Below are positions 59,177-64,000 of a stretch of DNA of 64,000 nucleotides, piece by piece. The stretch lies in NCBI GenBank assembly GCA_048013815.1, contig CM106585.1, positions 124,001 through 188,000 on the forward strand, given 5' to 3'. Within the stretch, counting starts at the first letter, position 1. The number at the start of each line of letters is the position of its first letter. The translations under genes were made by a program, and so were the position numbers. Source of the stretch: Setoptus koraiensis. Lineage: Eukaryota; Animalia; Arthropoda. The notes under the pieces are model-generated. The model ran no database searches. It worked only from the letters and a program-made list of their open reading frames with translations, and was not told the DNA's origin.

Positions 59177-60103
59177 CATTGTTGTTGCGACAACAACGCC
59201 GCTTGTTGTGTCGCTTGGCCAAACATGATACTCGATACTCGCGCTGCCGCCAGTTGCGCAATACTCGAGTGACCGCTCCCTCTCGCTTGCGGCTGCCAAG
59301 TGACCGAAACGCACACATACAACCGAAATCAGTGAGCTGACAAACAACAACTTGAATTATTGTATTCAGATTCGCTCCAGTCTGACCGATCGCCGTTCAT
59401 TTGCAGCAGCGGCCGTAGCGGCGCCAACCGCAACTACAGCGCAACTTATCGGCACGCCTCCAAACAAATCGGCGCCCGGGCCGGCTGATGATGTGAGCTG
59501 TAAGTGGGCCGCTATAAGTTGATTATTGTGCGGCCACAACCCGAAGCTGTAATGGTCCAAATGGTCACAGCAGCGAGCCGCAGTTAGAAGCGCTGCCTAC
59601 AGTGGCACCGATAATCATCAGGCCGCTCATTTAATTTCGAGAGTTCGCCTCAAAGTTTGGACCTCACAGACCCCCGAAGCCCCGAAATGCTGAAAACTCT
59701 CAAAAGTTTCGAGGGGCCTCAAAAGTTTCGGAAGCTGCAACGAATGGCGAGGCACGCGCACAAGTGTGAAACAAAGATTACGCTGGCCGCGTTACGTGTA
59801 GATAGCGGCCACTGTCTGTCTCTGCTGACCATTATCTCTGGTTGTTGCCGTTGTTGTTGCTGTTACAATGCACTTTAGTTTAATACTTTGGCAAACATCG
59901 CAAACGAGCTTACCATTGCGCGTCGCTCGTTTTTTACACGCTCTGTCCATGACCACTGGCCTGCTAACTCGAGCCGGGCTTTAGTTGCGGATATAAAAGG
60001 GGCACACACTGGACACAAAAGGCGACCCCAATATAAATAAGCTCAACAGAGCTCATTTGGGGCCCCCTCTCGATGACCTTCTCGGCGGCCGGACCGGGCT
60101 CTA

Positions 60104-60156
60104 TTTCACCGACTGCGCCCTGTTTCACCGACTGCGCCCTGTTTCACCGACTGCGC
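60104..60156. repeat. 19-bp tandem repeat (TTTCACCGACTGCGCCCTG), about 2.8 units
   Basis: Read directly from the sequence. Confidence 0.95.
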
Positions 60157-62098
60157 TCGCCCAAATGGCCGGTCCGCCGTCCAGTGGGCCGGCCTTAACT
60201 GGCCAAGATCGTAAGTAATATCATTACCATCATCATCATCATCATGGTGGCGCTACGTTTTGAGTAAATACAATGTAGTTTGCAATGATATAGTCGAGTG
60301 TTGCAGCGTGCAATAATGATCATTAATAATCATTAATTAGAATTGTCTCTTTCTCGGTCTGGCCAAGCGACAGTGGCCAGCGACAACGCGACGCTGATTC
60401 TTGGCCCCTTCCATTGATCTTGTCAAAAGTGAATCTTGCTCTCATTTCATTTCGTCGTTTTGGTTCGTCTCGCTTCGTTCCGTTTCGTTTGGCGCGCTTT
60501 GGCTCCGTTTGGCTTGGCTTGGCTTGGCTCGGTTTGGCTCTGGTTCATTCACAATTTCACACAGCCATCACATGCTCGGACTGAATGAAATTGAAATTGT
60601 GATCACACCACATGTACTTATAATAGTTATAATAGTTGAATAGTTGCTATACAAGCCAACAAAAACTCGCCTCAACTCAAACTGTCCAACTCGAGCTTTT
60701 CACCCGAGCGCAACTTGACTAGATGGGGCCCACGCAAGAATTGAACCCCCTTCGAGACTTGATGCCATCCAAGTGGCAAGTCCATTAGTGGCAAAAGTAA
60801 AGTGCTGGTGTCATTGTTAAATGTACACCAATGACCAGATAATTCACATGTACGAGTACGCGATGATGAATGATGATATAAGCGCCAACTACTCAACTTT
60901 TGACCATTGTTGAATTCCATTGAATAATAGAAAATTCTCAATTGGGTCAACATCCACTCGTACTCTAAATACTCTAAATGCCCTAATTTTTGTTCTAATT
61001 TTTTTATATTTTTATATTAATCTCTCTATGACTCACAGACTATGAGAGCCACTGACTGATGCAACTGACGTTATTAGTGATCATAGTTACATGCAAGTAA
61101 TACTTATATTAACAAGTTATTTATAGTTGTAAGTTATTTATAATTCGCTACTGGCTACAGCAGTGAGGTGGCGCCACCAGTCGCTGGCTTGCCGGAAGTC
61201 ACTTGCGCTTGCTCTCAATTGCGTACACATGTATCATACAAATTACGTCATTAAGTATGATGCAACAACATTTATTTAAATTCAGTATTATCTTTATATT
61301 TATTATTATAGCGTAAACAGTGTATCAGCGTGATTACATAAGCAACAATGGATGGATTGTGTGGCCAAGAGTCGACGATGTGTGATGCCACATCATCGAC
61401 ATGATGCCCGCTCATTAGCAATGAGTCATCACATTGATGTCGATTATGATGGAATTATGTAATAACTGTTACTGTGTATGATATGGTTGATGGCACCGCA
61501 CTCAATTCATAGTATGAATCTGGCTCAATTGTTTCGTGGCCAGTAAATGCATTTGGCGCAAAAACAGCGCAATGGACGCTGTGTGTGGCCTTGTCTGACT
61601 ACACTGCCAAAAAGAAGGATGCACGTGTGCACGTGCAACCATGAACTGAATTTCAATTGGCCGACAAGCAACTGCTTCCGGTGCACAGCCGAATATCCGC
61701 TAACTGTAGCTGCCCAGCTGTTAGTTAGGTCAGCACGTAACGTGGGCCCACTCAAACAGTTGGCCGACTTGTGTTGGCACTGGTGAGAGGCGCCATTAAT
61801 TAGCGCTTCCGGTGGCAGTTATTTGTTGACAACAATGATCCATTGATCATTGTTGTCAGCATCAAACACTGCTGCTGCTGCAAATGTCAAAATGGCTGTC
61901 GCGTGCACATGCTGTTATTATGTTGATGGCTGTTGTTAGTGGTTGCGCGCACTAATTGCGTTGCGGCCTAAAAGTTGATTAACGACGCACCGGAAGGCAC
62001 CTGTTCTGTCAGTGGCTGGGTGACAGGCTGAAGTGGGGCCCAGAGGCCACGCTCGCCACGCGCACGCAAAAAATGCCAGGATTAATTTAGAAAAAATT

Positions 62099-62165
62099 TT
62101 GCCCTTTTGGCGCCCCCTATCTAAAATTCTTTTGTGAATTTTAAATAGGGGGCGCTAAAAGGCAA
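62099..62165. other. Pre-miRNA-sized hairpin in the mbl intron
   Basis: ttgcc-c-ttttggcgccccctat-c-taaaattc, loop ttttgt, then gaatttta-a-atagggggcgctaaaa-ggcaa. About 30 bp of stem with one mismatch, one bulge and one G-U pair on the + strand. Confidence 0.7.
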
Positions 62166-64000
62166 GCTGTGCATACGCACCATACATACCCGTACACGTA
62201 AGCAATACTGTGAGTATACCATAAATGAGTTTACCTGTCCGGCTATTGTTACTACTCTTTGCATGGCTTTTGTTTCGTGCCACTTGACTGATTAACTTGA
62301 GTGCGCGCCACACGATAGCTCAGACGCCTGGCACAGGCAGAGAATGGCCAACGGCCTTGCCAGACACATACCGCCAGATGTATAAATATATATATTATGT
62401 AATATAAAATGCTAGGTGTGTCACCGTTACTTTATTGGCGCTGCGAGTGCCCGCATACAGCCAAACATAAAGTAATACGTATAGTGATACGTATAGCAAT
62501 GCACCTGTACACTTGCTGATATGCTGCAGCTTGGGGCAACAACAACAGCAACAACAACAGCAACAACAACAGCAACAACAACAACAACAACAACCACGAG
62601 CTAGCGAGCGAGCGCCAACTAACAAACGTGAAATTGAATTCTCAGCTATTGATATTCATCATCATCATCATATGGAATCACGAAGTTGCATCATCATGAA
62701 CTCACTTTTGCATTGCAACTATTTAGCAACTAACTCAACACACACACACACATAAAGGTATTGAGACACGTACACGTACAACACGGCTCACACGAGCCAA
62801 CATGTAGCACGTATTTTGGGGCGCACAAACACACACAGTAGTTGCAGTAGTTGCAGTTGTTGCAGTAGTTGCAGTTGTTGTTGCTGTTGTTGTTGTTGTA
62901 GCGGCTATAACAATAATAATAGGCATGACAGGGCAACATGCAACTATAGGCACGGCAAAGATTGCGTAACATTGCAAAGGATTCTTTTGGGCCGCAATAG
63001 AATAGCTGCACAATTTAGCTGTGTGAGAAGTTGTGCGAATTTGAGATTACAATTTAAACTGTTTGCTGCTGTGGCCTCACCGAGATTTCGCTCAAACCAA
63101 TCTCTGGCTCAACAGCCAGCGAAACAGATTGCCGGCTGGCCGAGATAAAAAAACAACATTATACATTTATATTATTTACTACACATTATACATAATAGTT
63201 TTATTTACGGAGTGGCACGCAGTGTTACGTAACACAACCGGTGCCACAACCTACCATCATCATGCTGATCTGATATTTTAGCATAACGCTCATACATAAC
63301 GGTGCTGGCTGCACACTCTACTTAACAACTACGATTCTATTCTATACTCTGTGCCATAGACATAGGAATAGACGAGGCCACTATGTTACATAACATTGCT
63401 GCTGGCGTTGTGGCCGAAATGGGGCCCAACATTGTGCTGGCGGTCAAGCTATGACCGAGAGCTATGAGAGCAAAAAAGAATGACGAAGCAAGAAAAGAAC
63501 GCGTACAGGTGAGTGCGCGCAACAAAACATGAATTGGATTATCAGTGCGTTAGTTTGCACAACAACGAGCGGCGGTGGCCAACAAAAAACTGGCGACCAG
63601 TGTCAACAAGCATAAACAGAGACAGACAGAGAGAGAGAGCACAACAACATGGCTTAAATATAACATAAACAGAGTTGTCCAGAGGACCGGAAGTGGCCAG
63701 TGAATGAGCTACATACATATTATGTAACATATCACATGAGTGTTACACTATGTATGCTAGCATGCCAGCGTGCAATGTATTGGTATAATGCAATGGTATT
63801 GGGCTAATGGGATGGATATTATACAGAAATATCGCGGCTAGGTGGCGCCCAATGCCAGTTTGATTGTTGCTCGACTGGGGCCATGCAAAACAACAGCTGA
63901 CTGATTTGACAAGGGATGAGTAACGAGCGCCGATCGGGTGTCCAAGATTTGCCATGTTAATCCTGTACACAAACTGTTGTTGTTGCCAGTGAGCTGGCGA

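Noticed and set aside
59366-59560. ORF ending RSVRLERI as the muscleblind RSDRLE linker exon
   Set aside because: There is no splice donor after the motif and no other Mbl similarity.
60672-60953. 93-aa minus-strand ORF within the mbl intron
   Set aside because: No recognisable domain or convincing splice sites; it cannot be supported without a search.

Overview
Eukaryotic animal (arthropod) DNA. Compact, mostly intronless housekeeping genes and roughly 100-bp introns suggest a streamlined acariform, possibly eriophyoid, mite; this is inference only. The window has four zones. (1) 1-5.8 kb: the 3' part of an SLC22-type transporter, UBE2G2, ETFDH and a shortened hunchback. (2) About 6-30 kb: no recognisable gene; GC-richer, full of microsatellites, short tandem arrays, hairpins and CTCF-like motifs, probably the hunchback regulatory domain. 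(3) 30-48.2 kb: a dense cluster of PRDX6, a catalytic-domain-only Cdc25, LETM1, VPS16, a transposase-like HTH gene, CDK5RAP3, a Myb/SANT-like gene and DPY30, interleaved with decayed copies of SF3B2 and DBT and a possible GIY-YIG relic. (4) 49.5-64 kb: the last two coding exons of muscleblind and a long upstream intron. I recognised no rRNA, tRNA, CRISPR array or intact transposon. All homology calls come from remembered family motifs, not from database searches.
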